Position numbers and translations under genes: made by a program. The notes under the pieces were generated by a model, which saw only the letters and a program-made list of their open reading frames with translations, made no database searches and was not told the origin of the DNA. Positions 62,062 through 64,000 of a stretch of 64,000 nt of DNA are shown here, in pieces (position 1 is the first letter of the stretch; every line of letters starts with the position of its first letter). The DNA is taken from NCBI GenBank assembly GCA_951406725.2, contig OX597814.1:1302001-1366000 (forward strand), in the 5' to 3' direction. This DNA comes from Octopus vulgaris. Taxonomy: Eukaryota.

Positions 62062-64000
62062 GGATCTCTGTTTCAGGCATGGGAGAGATATTCTTTCATA
62101 GAGCTGACATTAACTTTGAAGAGAGAGCTGCTGTATATTCTGGATCTGAAGAGAAGAGCCAGTCTTTGAATGATGTATTGGTTACAATGAAGATTATAGA
62201 AAATTTTCGCCGTAAGAAAATTCACTGCAAGAAATTTCATTTTAAATGATTTCATCATCTTTTTTTCTTAATGTTTGACGTTCAATAAAAACTTGCCTAT
62301 TCAATGGTTTTATAAAACGTTTTATAAGAATGTGGGGAAGAATTGGAAGAAGAAGAAGAAGAAGAAGAAGAAGAAGAAGAAGAAGAAGAAGAATGATGTG
62401 TTTCCCTTCTGAATCTTCCATTCCTTGTTTATTCTCTGCAACTTGTAATGGGCAGAAATGGTTAGAAATATTTTTGGAGGTGGAATTGATCGATTAAATC
62501 ATTCTTGACAATTGACTGGAACTTTACACTCTCTTTTATCAGCCAATACTTACTTTTATTGACCCCCGAGAGAATGAAAGAAGGTAAAGTGGGCCTCGCC
62601 GGTATTTGAACTCTGAACGTAAACAGACAGAAAGAGTTCCGTAAAGCATTTGATCCGACTCACCAATGGCGCTGGTAGTTTGCCGCCATCGTTGGTCTTA
62701 TGATAATGGCTTCAAATTTTAGCACAAGGTCAGCAACTTCAGGCGATTCCAACGACCTCCACCGCTGATAATTACTTTATCGATTCCGAAAGGATGAAAG
62801 ACAAAGTCAACCTTGGCGGAACTTAAAACCTAATGTATCAGAAAAAAAAAAATGCCACCAAACATTTTGTCCGACGCACTAATGGTTCTTCTACCTTGCT
62901 GGTTTCAAATTTTCAGATTTTGGCATAAGGCTAGCAATTTTAGGGTAACTCAATCTGCTGGTGCGCATTCTTATCAACCTCGAAAGAATGAAAGGCGAAA
63001 TCGACCATATCAAAATTTGAACTCAGAACTTAAAAAACCAGTAGAAACGCCAATAAGTCTATAGCCTGGTGTGCTTAACACATAGAGCGCGACGGGCCAC
63101 GATCTTGGCCGTCAGGCACAGGTTGACAGGCCACGATCGTGGCCCAGTTAGATGCATTTATTTTATGTGCGTTTGTTGGGGTCTAATGTCACTCAAATGC
63201 TCCGATACCCCTCAGAATGCAAGAGGACTAATAGTTTGTAGCAAGTCTTAATAAACCTTTATCGGCGGTGATACGACGTCATGGTCATGTTGTTCGAACA
63301 AGTATAATTGTTAGTTTCCCATTGGTTAAAATTACTGCCCATAATTGAATTCTAACTTTCGTCAAAGAGAAATATTTCACGAAATACGGTTCTTAGAATT
63401 CAGATATAAGCAGTTATAAAAACCTTGATTTCTGGGAAATAAATCAGAGTTCGTTGGTTGTCACTTGATTCTACGACACTCGCTTTCATGAGATTTGAAC
63501 AAGTTCAACTAATGACTTTTCTGATGATGTAAAACTTGCCACCATTATATACTAAGAAGGTATTTTAACTATTTTTTTGTTTTTTATGTGTGCATAGTAG
63601 TCTCATTTTCATAAAATGTACTCAGTAATCTAAGCTATGTAATTGTAAATTCCAGCGCTTTACGGGTTAATGTTCCTTCTTGAGCCATGCCAGGCTCATA
63701 AGGGCCGGTTTCCCGGTTTCAGTGGCGTAGAAATTCCCCATCTGGACAGGATGCCGGTTCGTCGCAGCGTTACTCATTTTTGCCAGCTGAGTGGACTGGA
63801 GCAACGTGAAAATGAAGTGTTTTTCTCAAGAACACAACGCATCGCCCGGTCCAGGAATCGAAACCACAACCTTACAATCATGAGTTCAACACCCTAACCA
63901 CTAAGCCACGCTGTTCCACTTTATGGGTTAATAATCTTACCAAATCGCAACCCATCCCGTTCACATGGTCACGTTAAGGTGTGTTTAATTATCTCCCTTC

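Noticed and set aside
63520-63545. CTGATGA hammerhead core candidate (also 36925, 57515, 62146)
   Set aside because: No stem II followed by GAAA

Overview
Repeat-rich animal genomic DNA, most likely an octopus or other coleoid cephalopod (inferred from the SINE families and microsatellite load). It holds two convergent spliced genes. (1) On the minus strand is a complete 12-exon BAP1/Calypso deubiquitinase (58403->19031, 669 aa) with all GT-AG junctions in phase. (2) On the plus strand are the last five exons of a Roco-type COR-domain protein (5193->16193) that has no kinase after COR and ends in a CaaX box (CILM). Bases 1-5099 are a homogeneous 246-bp satellite built from a piggyBac-like TTAA MITE. 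The introns contain many SINEs, Helitrons, mariner/Tigger relics, LINE 3' ends and long fold-back palindromes. The most notable non-coding signal is several families of minimal type-I hammerhead-ribozyme motifs of the Penelope type. One is a tRNA-headed fold-back element with a hammerhead on each strand and a 13-bp TSD. Another carries a compensatory U3-A8 catalytic core. All calls were made by eye with no database searches, so repeat boundaries are approximate.
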